DNA of 64,000 nt, taken from positions 18,118,567-18,182,566 of the forward strand of contig CM120649.1 in the NCBI GenBank assembly GCA_051362555.1, given 5' to 3'. The translations under genes were made by a program, and so were the position numbers. Under the pieces are notes generated by a model. The model had not been told where the DNA came from, did no database searches, and saw only the letters and a list, made by a program, of their open reading frames with translations. Source of the stretch: Lingula anatina (taxonomy: Eukaryota; Animalia; Brachiopoda). Below are positions 39,040-52,270 of the stretch, one piece after another (positions within the stretch are counted from its first letter, which is position 1; the number at the start of each line of letters is the position of its first letter).

Positions 39040-41282
39040 ATAAAAAAATGTATAATTTCCAGAAAAAGAAGCCAATTAGACTGCTTTACCAACTCATTCT
39101 GCATTTTAGTCCTGTGTTTCTTTTTTAAAGGTTTGACAGTCATAAATAACACGGTTTTCCCATAATGGTCATCATGGCTGCAGTATCAAAAATTGTGTTT
39201 TCTTCTATGTTGATGCAACATTACATAATGCTTTACAGCATAATGACCATCAATTTGCAATAATAGAATATTAGTAACATGGACATTCAGAAAACGTGAC
39301 AAGCAAAGGTCTTCAGGATCATAGAACTTCAAAGTCACACCTTGAAAATGTCAATTTTCACAAAAAAAACTGTTTAACTGCCAGAAAAAATTACCAAACA
39401 GACTGCATTGCCTACTGAAGCTGTATTTTAGACCCATGTTTCTTTCCTGTAAGTTTGAGAACACTAATTAACATGATTTTTGTTAAATGGTCATCATGAG
39501 AGCAGTGCCCAAAATAGGGGTTTCTTCGAATTTTGATGCAATATTACATAATGTTTAACAACATAATGACCATCAATTTTTAATAATGGAATATAAGTCA
39601 CATGAACATTCAGAAAACGTGACTAGCAAAGGTCTGCAGGCTCATGGAACTTCAAAGTCACACCTTGAAAATGCCAATATGTGAAAAATTAAATTTTCAC
39701 AAAAAACTGTTTAACTGCCAGAAAAAATTACCAAACAGACTGCATTGCCTACTGAAGCTGTATTTTAGCCCTATGTTTCTTACCTGTAAGTTTGAAAACA
39801 GTAAGTGACATGGTTTTTCTTAAATGGTCATCATGGGAGAAGTGCCCAAAATAGGGGTTTCTTCAAATTTTGATGCAATATTACATAATGTTTAACAGCA
39901 TAATGACCATCAATTTTTAATCATAAAATATTAGTATCATGGATATTCAGAAAATGTGACTAGCAAAGGTCTGCAGGCTCATGGAACTTCAAAGTCACAT
40001 CTTAAAAATGCCAAAATGTAAACAAGACAGCACTGTTCTGAAATGGGTTTATTTCCATTTTTAACATTTTTTTAACATAAAACAAAATAAACAGTTTGTT
40101 GCCATTTTTATATGACCAACTAAGAAAATTGATGAGATGGGAAAAATATCAATAGAACAGTGTTAAATGTCCAATTTCCTCCATTCTGAGATTCTGAACA
40201 TAGTGGATGATTGAATCTGACAAACTGCAATGATATGAGTTTATTTCCATTTTTGACACTATATTACACAATATACGATAACAAGTTTACCATCATTTTT
40301 ACATAATCAATTAACAATGTTGTAAAGATGCAGGAAATATCAAACAAACACTTTTACGTATCTTATTAGTTAAATAATGAGACTGTTAACATGCCTAAGA
40401 ATTGTATCTGAGGAAATGTGAAAAAACAGCATAACTTCTAAAATAAAGGCCCGATTATGCTGATTTTCGAACTCAACCTGCGTTTAAGTTAGTTTGACTA
40501 CTCCTGTGAGTATAATGACAATTGGCCAATCTGTTTTTCTTATATTGTGTTATCAGTGTTGCATATATGTTGAAAAAAGTGAAAAAACAGCATAACTTCC
40601 CAAAAAATGGCCCGATCATGCTGATTTTCGAACTTGACCTGCGTATTATGAATATTCATCAGTTCTGTAAGTTTCAAGCCAAAAGGTAAAATGGTTTTCC
40701 ATTTATGGTGTTATCAGTGCTGCATATGACTGAAAAAAGAGAAAAAATAGCCTAAATTCACTCAAAATGACCCAATCACGCTGATTTTCGAACTTGACCT
40801 GCGTATTATAAATATTCATCAGTTCTGTAAGTTTCAAGCCAAAAGGTAAAATTGTTTTCCACTTATTGTGTTATCGGTGCTGCATATATGCTGAAAAAAG
40901 TGAAAAAAACAGCATAAATTCCCTATAAGTGACCCGATCATGCTGATTTTCGAACTTGACCTGCGTATTATGAATATTCATCAGTTCTGTAAGTTTCAAG
41001 CCAAAAGGTAAAATGGTTTTCCACTTATCGTGTTATCGGTGCTGAATATATGCTGAAAAAAGTGAAAAAACAGCATAAATTCCCTATTAGTGACCCGATC
41101 ATGCTGATTTTCGAACTTGACCTGCGTATTATGAATATTCATCAGTTCTGTAAGTTTCAAAAGAAAAAACAGTTTTCCACTTATCGTGTTATCGGTAAAA
41201 GTGCACGGCGACGGCGACGACGACGACGACAGACGCAGATGACGGCTATATGTACAGACACATCTGTGTCTGTACATAAAAA
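39040..41282. mobile_element. Helitron/Helentron-like non-autonomous element with internal tandem arrays
   Basis: ~320-337-bp tandem units (GGTCATCATG at 39167, 39489, 39826), then ~160-bp units (AACTTGACCT at 40631, 40791, 40953, 41114), a (CGA/CGG)n microsatellite, a 14-bp-arm hairpin (41249-41278) and an A-run. Left boundary approximate. Confidence 0.7.
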
Positions 41283-41803
41283 TACTTTACGTGCCATCAA
41301 CTGGCCGATCATGGAGCTTTCATTCTGCAACCAAAGCGATGTTTGTGCCTCCTTTGTACGACCACAGTGATGTCATTTTCATGGTTGCACAAGGGACGCA
41401 GAAGGGAAATCGTCCAGTGTAAAGGGGGGTACTAAGTTACGGAGTTACGTCGGAAAAAGGTCGCTTTCTTGCACCAATTTACGAATAGGCCTAAGAACTA
41501 CTGACGGTGGTTTAGCTCAATTATCCCTCTTGTGATCATGTCGACTAAGCACTAATTTCAGTCAGTAAGGTGAGCGATCTCTTCTAGCACATTCCTAATA
41601 CAATATCAATGTTAGGTTGTTAGCAACACTACCCCAGCGTGGCATTGTATCTAATAATATATATTCAGCTTAGCACATCAATATCATTTAATTGTTTCAC
41701 AGCGACAGGAAATGCTTAAAAGGGATGTGTAACGGCGTCATGAATGCTTCCCGGGGGTATTTCTAAAATGATTTAGTCACATATATTTACATGTAGTCTC
41801 GTC

Positions 41804-43649
41804 CTACACTTGTCCCAAGCAGATGTCCCCATAATATTCATATCCAGTGTCTGCCTGCAAGTTGCTGGACTGGGCAGTACTGGGCAGAAGTTCACAGACA
41901 CATTGGTCATTTCCGGCACAGAGAACGTTTATGGCCGCACACTTCCAGTGTTGCATATATATTTTTGGTGGACGCAAACACGACGCAAAGCACGCAGCCC
42001 GAAAACTGGCCGGCCAGTTTTTCGCTACGACCTGTCTGCGACAATTAGAACGCCTGGAGCACGCTCGTAGCACGCAAGACAAAAGTACTGAGTAAGTGCG
42101 CTAGGCGTGCGTGTAACGCAGGAAAAGCATGCAGAAATTCCGGGGTATTTTACCACGAAGTCGTTCTTACCACGCAAGAGACTCGTAAGTTTAACTTGCT
42201 TTCAATGTACGTGTTAACAAAAAGGGGGGTGAGCGCACTTCCTCCGTGCGTTTATCTTACTTCCAAAGTGCGTGGCGAGTACTACTACCATACCTGTGAA
42301 GTGCGTCACACTAAGACGACGCACGTGCCCAGCACGATAAAAGTGCAGGCGATCCCGAGCAACCACTGCCAGCATTGCGTCACGATCTTCGGCCTCCTCT
42401 AGCATTAGCAGCTGTAGAAGTCGATGGCGCATCCTTCTTGGAAGTGCCTTTTTGGAAGCCAAAACAGTGAATGATGAAAAGACTCGGTGCTCCCTTTTAT
42501 ATTATTTTGATTATCCGTGCGTTCCACTTCCGTGCTTATTACGTTTCTCTTACGTTTCTCTTACTTCGTAAGTACGGTTTCTGAAAACGTACGCTTCACT
42601 TGAAATACACGTATGATTATCTCACTCACTGTGTGCGACACGAGTACAGATCGTACGTGCTCCTTACTTCTTCCTACTTCCAAAAAAAAAGGCGTACAGA
42701 CCACTTGCGGGCCCCACGTTTAGAGCACGACACACCTACTCATAAAGTACTTACTACTTCGTCCGCTGCGATTTAATTTTCACCCTGCGACAACGCTACG
42801 TCTGACGAGAACTCCGAGGACGCACGATCTCTAAGCACGCACGACGGGTTGTAAGAGAGGCTATACAGGAGATGCTGCATTCGGTGAGGCTGCGGACACT
42901 CAGTGTGGATATGGGTACAAGGGTTGCGCGCGCATCTGCTGCTAGCCGTTTGAACGTAGTTGTACTTGTAATACCTATACAAAAAATAACTACGGTACTT
43001 ACGAAACCTGTAGCAAAGACGCGCGAGTAAGTAATTTACCGGTTATTTCAACGTTGAATTAATCATAAAATGTGTACATGTAAGATTAACAGATGCATGC
43101 AAACCCCCAAAAATTCATATTAATATACATATGTACGCAAAGTGAAATACTGTAAACTCACCATGAACCTCCACCTCACAAAGCTGCAAGTAACTATCGT
43201 CACTACCAACTTTAATGATCGAGACATATCGTCCTCTCAGTGGTGACCCACAGGACATAGACGTGTTCCCCACAGGTGGCACCCCCGGGTAACTGCCGCA
43301 GAGTTTGTACTGGATGAAAGATGAATTATTAACATAACCTCACCTCGACAGACCCTCACTTCGAAATTATTGAAACGGTCAGCTGAAAATAAAAAGTGGC
43401 TAATGGTTAAATTCAATATTACACATGTAGCGGCAAATTAAACAGTAGATCAGATATAAAAACCGTACGAAGTAGGTAGATACGCGTATACATGTAGATT
43501 AAATGTGACTATCATTAGAAAAAATACATGTTGCTACACGATATCTCGTTTTATTTCCACATGCATAATATTAATAGACACTTACTTAACTGTTCACAAC
43601 TTTGATTTACGACAATAAAAACGTAAATTACGACAATGATACATCTTCA

Positions 43650-43720
<71 letters not shown>

Positions 43721-44304
43721 AAATGACTTACAACAGCAGTCGCCTCGGTTTGTTATGATAACACCGGTCATCCTCTCCGTGGTTTCTAGGTCCACCAGCC
43801 ACCATTGCCGTTGACCAGAATCAGTATGAGCACAACTCCCATTGCGCATGATGTCGTCATAGTTACCATCTACAGCACGACTGGGAGGGTGCACACCGTT
43901 CACATTTAAGTAAGTGGTGCTTTGGTAGGCGGGTTTGCCTCTAGCCAAATTTTTCGTGCAGCCTCTGCATAGTGCCCCATCTTCTGGAGAGAGATAACAA
44001 CAGCATCACTTACTATAATTATTTGCCAGTATAAACTGAAGATTACAATAAACATCGAATATCCTTTTCATCCTTAGTGGGATTGAAATGGCTTTTAAAG
44101 AACAATTTTCAATTCAGAAACAAATATCTAACCACACGGATGAATAATGTTATGATATTGTGCCATCCTGGATATCATATTTTGCCTTTTTCGGCTCTAT
44201 GACAAAACTATAATAAAACACTTTTTGCCAAGTGCTGTTTCAGCTTAACTTATACCCAAAAATATCACAGTTATCCCCACAAAAAGCACTCTTAAGGCCA
44301 CCAT
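41804..44304 (-). pseudogene. F-type lectin + PAN/apple gene, copy 6 (exons 44304-44256, 43980-43732, 43382-43162, ~42974-41804 interrupted)
   Basis: Exon 3 is 221 nt (+5 frameshift at ~43338-43350); exon 4 is split by a ~905-bp insertion at 41958-42862. Confidence 0.87.
41958..42862 (-). mobile_element. Truncated DNA transposon (Harbinger-like) inserted in exon 4 of copy 6
   Basis: Flanked by ATA/ATA where other copies read TTGCATACAGG. The right end (revcomp AGCCTCTCTTACA) resembles the nested MITE TIR AGCCCCCTTTACA; no left TIR. GC-richer, with short ORF 42462-42214 (MASKKALPRRMRHRLLQLLMLEE...). Confidence 0.65.
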
Positions 44305-45686
44305 CCTTTATTCATACAACTCGTTATTCCAGCAGCTGCCAATGGCAGAAATCATGAAACTATTTCGTTCATGCCCTGGATGATGATTTTGCTGTGAGTG
44401 GAGTGACTGCAGAGAAACAGAGGGAAATGTTAGATTTATTGACGCTTGAACATTAAAAAGAGGATGTTTTTTATGTGTACGTCGCATGGAATCGACAAAA
44501 AGCACTCTTAATTGTCATCATTCCTTATTCTTAATGTTATCATCCTTTATTCACACACTAAGTTGTCCCAGCAGTTGCCGATGGTAGAAATCAACACAAT
44601 ATTCCGTTCATGCCCTGGGTGATTTTGCTGAGAGTGGAGTGACTGAAGAGAAACAGAGTAAAATGTTAGATCAATTTTTTTTTTTTCTTTTGCGTCGCAT
44701 GGAATCGAACCTTATGACGTAACATGGTCACTTTCATTATTCACGCAACTGTCTCACCTTGCTCTCTCTTAGCTGAGTAATCAATCAATAAAACGAGTAA
44801 TCAATCAATAAAACACCCGTTGCCACGTGAAAGAGATATAACTGATTAAACTGATTCCTGTTCATCGTATATAATTTTTATTTAATTTTTGTATTTTGAG
44901 GGTATCACCCAAAGCATGAGATACTGCTGTAGCGTTAAAAAATAGGTCAGGGTGAATTTGCTAACTAGAGCTCATATGATATAACAGAACCGTTTGTGGG
45001 ATGAAAAACTATGTTATCGCTTTCAAACAGATTTCTTTCACCTAAAGTGATACATGTAACAACGCTGTTATAGCGCATATTGAATCACACCGATACATCC
45101 TTCAATTAAGTGCAATATTTTGAAAAGTGAACTTCCAAATTATCAGTAAAGATGCCAAACAAATGTTTTGTTAATAGCAACATCGAAATTAAGGGGCTAT
45201 TAAAACTAAAAAATGTTTAACCAAAGCAGGCGCCAGGCTATGATTACCACCCTAGTCGCCAAGCACGCGTCTTCACGATAATGTATTACTTAGCTACGGA
45301 GTTACATACATAGGAAACTGATCGCTTTCTCGTGCCAATTTACGAAGCAGCCAAAATGGCTATTGAAGTTTTTTTAAAATTTTTTATTTTTAAGATAAAT
45401 TAAAATGATCCCTCTTGAGACCTTGTCGTCTTCACACTAGTTTAGGTCAGTCTTGGGAGCGATCACCACCTGCACATTTCTAATACAATGTGAATGGTCA
45501 GTTTTTACAACACTACCCCAGCGTGGCATATCATCTAATAATATACATGTATATTTAGCTTAGCACATCAATATCATTTAATTGTTTCACAACGATAGGA
45601 GATACTTAAAAGGCATGTGTTACGTAGTCATAAATGCTTTTCTGGGGTATTTCTGAAGTGATTTAGCCACATTTATTAGTCTCGTC

Positions 45687-47227
45687 CTACACTTGTCCCA
45701 AGCAGATGTCCTCATAATATTCAGAACCAGTGTCTGCCTGCAAGTCGCTGGACTGGGCAGTACTGGGCAGAAGTTCACAGACACATTGGTCATTTCCAGC
45801 ACAGAGAACGTTTATGGCCGCACACTTCCAGTGTTGCATACAGGAGATGCTGCATTCGGTGATGCTGCGGACATTCAGCGTAGATATGGGCACAAGGCTT
45901 GCACGAGCATCTGCAGCTACCCTCTGGAAGGTGGTTGCACTTGAAATACCTTACAAAAACATAAGTAAAATATGGGACCTACAAAACTCATAACAAGGAC
46001 GTGTCAGTGGGTGACTCACCAGTTATTTCAACGTTGAATTAATCAAAAAATGTGTAAGGTTACTATAAATATATGTAATTTTAGGCACATGAAAACTCAT
46101 ATTAATATACATATGTAGACACAATGAAATTCCATCAACTCACCATGAACCTCCACTTCACATAGCTGCAAGTGATGGCTGTCACTGCCAACTTTAATAA
46201 TCAAGACATATCGTCCTCTCAGTGGTGACCCACAGGACAGAGAGGTGTTCCCCACAGGTGCCGCCCCCGGGTAACTGGCGCAGAGTTTGTACTGGCTGAA
46301 TGATGAACTATCCTCGTAAGAGGTTCCAACTCTCACTTCGAAATTATTCAAACGGTAAGCTGAAAATAGAAAAGTACCAAATTGTTTTCAAAAATTTGAC
46401 AGTATACTTTTATCATACTTTAATGTGATATATAACGGTAAATTTAACATAGATCATTTATTAAGACCATGCAAGTACGTGGTAGGTTCATACAGAGATG
46501 GATAAAATATTTGTTATCATTGAAGGAAATAGTAACATGTAAATACACGTTTTGTCATCCCCTTTCACATGCATTATCTCAAGTGGATCATATACCGATC
46601 TGTTTTACACTAACAGAAACAAGAAATGCTGTTTACATGTACGAAAAAAAGTCATTGAATAAATTGATAATATATGTAATAGACAGAATCGACGTACTAT
46701 ATCCGTCTCCACGGTTTGTTATGACTACACCGGCCACCCTCGCCGTGGTTTCTAAGTCCACCAGCCACCATTGACCTTGACCACCATTAGTATGGGTACA
46801 ACTCCCATGGGACTTGTCGTCGTCATAGTTACCATCCACAGCGAGGCTGGCATCGCATGTCTGGTAGGTGGAACTTTGGTTGGCAGGTTTGCCTTTTGCC
46901 AAATTGCAACCTCTGCATAGTGTCCCATCTGAAAGATACCAATGTCATCAGTTATTATTATCATGGTTATTATTATGAATATAACAATAAATATTAAAAA
47001 TCCTTTTCATCCTAAATCGGATTGAAAGGACATTACAGAACAATTTTAATTTCAGAAACAAATATCTTACCACATGGATGAATAATATCCAAAAAACATA
47101 TTTTCAGCTCTATGAAAAATCAATTATAAAACATCGCTTTTGTCTAGTGCATTTGTCTAGTGCCTCTGCAAAACTTACCCAAATATATGACAGTTACTCC
47201 GAGAAAAAGCAGTCTTAGGACCACCAT
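45687..47227 (-). CDS. Secreted F-type lectin + PAN/apple protein, copy 7 (exons 47227-47179, 46928-46698, 46359-46144, 45949-45687)
   Basis: Exon lengths 49/231/216/263, open frame; CTHT...NRGDGYTYRL. Last acceptor is AAG (1-nt loss relative to TATAG in other copies) but AG is retained. Confidence 0.83.
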
Positions 47228-49171
47228 GCTATAGTCACACACCTCGTTATCCAGCAGCTGCAGATTGCAGACAAATCAAGAAAATGTCCCGTTGTTGTCT
47301 CGGATGGTGATCTGATAAGAGTGGGGTGAGTGCAGGAGAAAAGTTCAGCTGATGCTTGAATATTAAAAAGAGAGCCACTGTTAATTGCATTCAACAGTTA
47401 CGTAATTGATGGATAGTTAAATATATGTATCACCGAGTGTTTTCAACGTGTATGACGCATGGAATCGAACGTAATCAAATTGCCATTTCTATATCATAAT
47501 AACATCTTTCTGCACTTTCAGTGCCAATAATCAATTACAAAATGTGTCTTTATGAATTTTTGACTACACACATTTTCATCATTCGAGCAACTGATCGAGC
47601 CTGTTCCCTCCCAGGTGAGGCATCCCAATGAATAAAATTTCCATTATATATTCAAGTAATATTATTTATCAAATTGATTCCTCCTGTATTTCTGTCTCAG
47701 GTCCATGTTTTATTTAACATCGCTAATATAGATCTCAAAAATGAATGATACCTTTGTCTTCAGCCATTTCACACAGCCACTGGAGCCTTCGTGATACGTT
47801 TGCAAATTGAACAGATGATTTTGTCCCGTGTCATCAGTCAATGAAAAAATTGGGCTGATGGATTGGATACATCAACACGTTATGTTCAAAGGAACCTACA
47901 TCTATACTACCACTTTATTAATACCTGTGAAATTCGATGCTAGGTGTGGTTATGTCTAGATTAATAGGTAAATGTTGTTGATGTTTGTAGTTCGCCCTTA
48001 AACATACTGAGTTTTGATGTTTTTTGTTTGTTTATTTTTATTTATTTATTTTTTGCTTTTTAAAATTACTTTAAACCCCCTAGCACTCACATATTGTTTT
48101 GCTGCATCTTCAGAAGAGAACAGGCCCACGTATATAATATATGTACTATAATTTGGGAGGAAACAGGAGTTCACCGCCACGTGGATACCTCTGTAGCAAA
48201 AGCAGTTTGCTTTAATTGAATTAGTTTTAAGTATCATGTAGTAAGGATTTCGATTGAAGAAGTTCATCAAGCAAAAATTAAAATAATCACAACGGGAAGA
48301 GGGAAATAAAAAAAATCCATTTTACCTGCTGACGAGTGAAATTATTATTCGTATCATGAACTCGAGGGCTTTGTAAAATTAAGTTCCTCCTTGTTCTATG
48401 ACACTGTCAAACCGAACACTGAGATCCCCATTGAGTTTCAAATGTCATTTTCAAAAACTTCCCTGTCTTGGTCATTGCATACTTGTAAGGGCAATTCATT
48501 GAATTATGAATAATCACTTGCCAAAATATTTACATTCGTTTGACAATAAAACAAAAAATGCTTCGTCAGCATTCATGACAAAGTGCTGCTTGTTCCTTCT
48601 TAAACGTTCTGCAAGCGCACAATCGATTGTGCTTCTCCAGTTTACTGGCGCAGTTGAACAGAATGTCATTCTGTTGAAAGAAACAATCCCTTCTTGCACC
48701 TTGCCTAACAAAAGACTGGTAAACCAACCCAGCCTCTGATACAACTGTACTGCAAGTCACATTTCTTGCCCGTAAAAAGTCCATGTTGTTGACGCTGTTG
48801 AACCTCGTGTTTTCGCAAATACGGCCTGCAGTGAAATGAAAAGGGGATGAAATGTGAAATGACGCTGATATGGCTTTTCAAGATCTCTCTCTCTCTCACA
48901 CGGTGGGCATAAACATCGGAATTTTAAAATATCATTAAGGTGTGGCTTATGATATTTTACCATTATTATAAAATTCATGCATATTCGAAAACATTTTCTA
49001 TTTGCTTTCACAACATTTCACGATGTCCCTGCCTTTCGATGTTTAAGGGATAACAACTGTTTGTTTTGGCCAAAAATTGGATTTCCCTCGGGTAAACGAC
49101 GGTTCTCCCATGCTTACCAATGGTTAAAGAATCCATTACAGTCAAAGTTACTGTATTTTTTCTACAATTTC

Positions 49172-49216
<45 letters not shown>

Positions 49217-49269
49217 ACTATATCACCAAACAAAAGTGTAGGTAAATGGCACGACAATAATCCTTAAGT

Positions 49270-49500
49270 AATGATGCTTGGCAAGTAATATTTAGATCCC
49301 CTTTCCAAGAAACAGGTGACACGAAACTGCAGACGCTTCAATTTGAATGAATCACAGAATATTCGTTACCAACATTTATCTTATGAATTTAAAAAAAAAA
49401 AAGAATCAGAACAGTGTGAATTTTGCAATGCTGCTAGGGAAACTATTCTTCACGTTTTCTGGGATTGCCCACATGAATAGAATGTTTGGACTTGTGTCAT
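49270..49500 (+). mobile_element. Degenerate L1/Tx1-type non-LTR retrotransposon fragment (zf-RVT-like zinc knuckle)
   Basis: Manual translation with frameshifts: WQVIFRSPFQETGDTKLQ...HRIFVTNIYL...CEFCNAARETILHVFWDCPH, the C-x2-C...H-x4-C motif at the end of ORF2. Confidence 0.7.
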
Positions 49501-49509
49501 TTGTTCCGT

Positions 49510-49869
49510 AAAAGATGATTTAGGTCTTTGCGAGATCTCCTGAGATTTTTGCACTTGGGCTTTTGCAAGCCTCTGATATACTGGTTGTGCCTATAATTCG
49601 CTCGACAATCCGTATGCGTATACTCCATGTACGTATTAACTGTGTACTGACGCCCCCTGAGAGACAATGGGTTGTTTTGATAATATTTGTACAGAAATGC
49701 ATGGAGAAGAGAGTAAGTCTTTCTGCGCATGTCCAAACCAGATCATAGTACCAGACCCGTTATGCGCTGTCAGCAGAGACTGGGCGTGTAGATCAAACCT
49801 GGTAAATTGATTATGGAATGCGACATTCGTATACATGTGTATAGTCACTGATTTCAACAATTGCTAATC

Positions 49870-49922
<53 letters not shown>

Positions 49923-50030
49923 TTATCTATTTATTTGTCTGTTCTATGTTCTAGCCACTAGTATCGTATTGTAATTGATTATACCTTTATGTGAAGGTGT
50001 TTGTCAATAAAGAATCTGAATCTGAATCTG
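49510..50030. mobile_element. Possible second non-LTR (L2/Rex-like) remnant with (GAATCT)3 tail
   Basis: AATAAA followed by GAATCTGAATCTGAATCTG at ~50006-50030. Minus-strand frames at 49510-49810 (AQKRL..., IVERIIG...KDLNH) weakly recall C-termini of such RT ORFs. Confidence 0.35.
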
Positions 50031-52270
50031 ATAAACGACAAAAGCCTGTGCGGGTAGCAAACAATAGCGACGTGGACTCATACAGGGCCTAAGTGCACAG
50101 GGGGAGGAGCGCATATGTAAATTATTGTACGGGAGACCCTTGGAGACGGGAGTTCGTCCTCGCCAAGCGCGACGGGAAGTAAATTGATGCGCGCTATAAT
50201 CCGACTTAATTAACAGCTTTCAACTTGGCAGTATTGCACCTTGCTCTAGGCTGAATGTCGACCTGCCGTCTCGTTGTTTTGTTTGCTTCTTACAATCAGG
50301 GAAATGTTGAATTTGACCGAAAATTTCAAACTTTCTCTGGGAAGCTGTAATTTTGCGATGTGATATCTACACCATCACAGTTTATCATTTCATAAAAAGG
50401 GAAACAGCAGATGCCCTTTTTAGGGCACACAGGAGAGTTGAACAGCTATACCCACCAAATCCAAGACACGTTACCCTGGGTAATATATTTGGCACAAACT
50501 AATGAAAGTTTAATGGAATGTTTTCAGTTTTAGTTTAAATCATAAGGGGGTGTTGTCTCAATGCTTCAAAACTGGTTTTGAAGAATTCTATCCAAATTTC
50601 ATAACTAATAAAAATGGTGAATATTAGGTCACGGTTACGTTAGTGGCGCGGGTACAAAAACTTTTTATAATCATGTAAATAATAACAATATTTTTGCTAT
50701 TATCCATACACACTTCAATCATGAGGGGAACATCACTCTCACATGCTTTTAAAATGGAATTTACAAACACAAAGAAATAATGCATATATTTTGTTTACTG
50801 TAACTCTGTCACATGGGACACACACTGAACAAAGTTGATCTAAAGAATGTTCCAGATTGTAGTTTTTTTATCAGAATTATTATATATAATATAAACTTAT
50901 ATATGTCTTAATATAATTATATATGTCTTAATTATTGCAATGATTCCCAAAAATATTCTAGAACTTCCTTTGTAAGCATATCACGGGCCAGCTAAGAGAC
51001 ATAACTAATAAAAAGATCAATTTACCGCATGGTTAGTGCAGACCGCTTGGGTGCAATGTATTTCAAAAGGTTTCTAGCTCATGCGAGCCTTAACGCATTC
51101 CGTATACTCACAAACACCAGACGGGTGCGGGCGCACCAAACGCATTCGTCTGCGCATTTCTAGAACTTCACAAAAGGGGTCGAAACGTCCTCCTTTATGC
51201 TTCTTTGCTCGCTACACAATTATATTTATTCTTTAACAAAAAACCTTCTAGGTTTTATTGAATCGTCTTTGAAATTTGCTCGTTCCTCGTTTACACTAAA
51301 ATGATTGTCAGTAAAATTCGCTTGCAAAGCCTCCTTTCTGCTTCAGGGGTCACTAAGAAATTGCATTAAAAGTATACTGCCCCTTAAAAGGTTCAAGGTT
51401 CACTATAAAAAATTACATTGAAAGTATATAGCCCCTATCGAAAATGAAGGTCGAAAACGACTTACTTATACTACTTATGGCCCCCCTGCAGTGCACCACT
51501 AGCAAAGAATGACAGTCTTATATAACACATTTAACTTTAATTTACACCTTAATTGCCTCCATAAAAAAGCGTATTGGTTTTTATAGTTATGATAAACGAT
51601 CCAAAACGTGTCGTCTGGATATACAATTTGTAGGTGGCACATTTCTTTATGAAAGTTTTGCACTCAACAAATCCTTTTGAACCATGTGTAATTAAAAAGT
51701 TTCAGATGAAATTTATCGTAGCCAAAAAAGCCAATACATGTACATATAAATAAAATGATATGCTCACGTACAATAGTAATAGTCGATTATCTGTCACGTT
51801 GTGACAACATAATCATTTTGTACACAGTCAACAATAAAAAGCACCAAAGCGCACACATTATACGGAATAAAGAGTTGATACATTGATTTGTTTCAGTTTC
51901 CCACTGCCATACCAGAAACGATGGCCCAAAGCATGAGATAATGCTGTCGAGTTAAATCTACATCAGGGTGAATATGCTAGCTGGAGCTTGTGATATAACA
52001 GAATCGGTGGTTTGACCCAATTATCCCACTTGCAATCACGTCGACTAGTTTAGGTCCGTAATGTGAGCGATCAGCACTAGCACATTCCTAATACAATATC
52101 AATGTTGAGTGTTTGACAACACTTCCCAGCGTGGCATACTGTCTAATAATACATATTAAGCTTTGCACAACAAAATCATTTAATTATTTGGCAACAATAA
52201 AAAATACTTTAAAAAGACGTGTAACGAAGACACGAATGCTTCCCTGAAGTATTCATTTGACTGTCTCGTC

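Noticed and set aside
40420-41200. Regularly spaced repeats as a CRISPR array
   Set aside because: Whole monomers are similar (no unique spacers), there are no cas genes, and the DNA is eukaryotic; this is a satellite-type array.
48506-49267. Cluster of short overlapping ORFs
   Set aside because: No recognisable motifs or consistent splice structure; the region overlaps a duplicated spacer and a MITE arm.
50086-51484. Possible transposon bounded by GGGCCTAAGT / ACTTATGGCCC
   Set aside because: The inverted match is short and imperfect, with no clear TSD or empty site.
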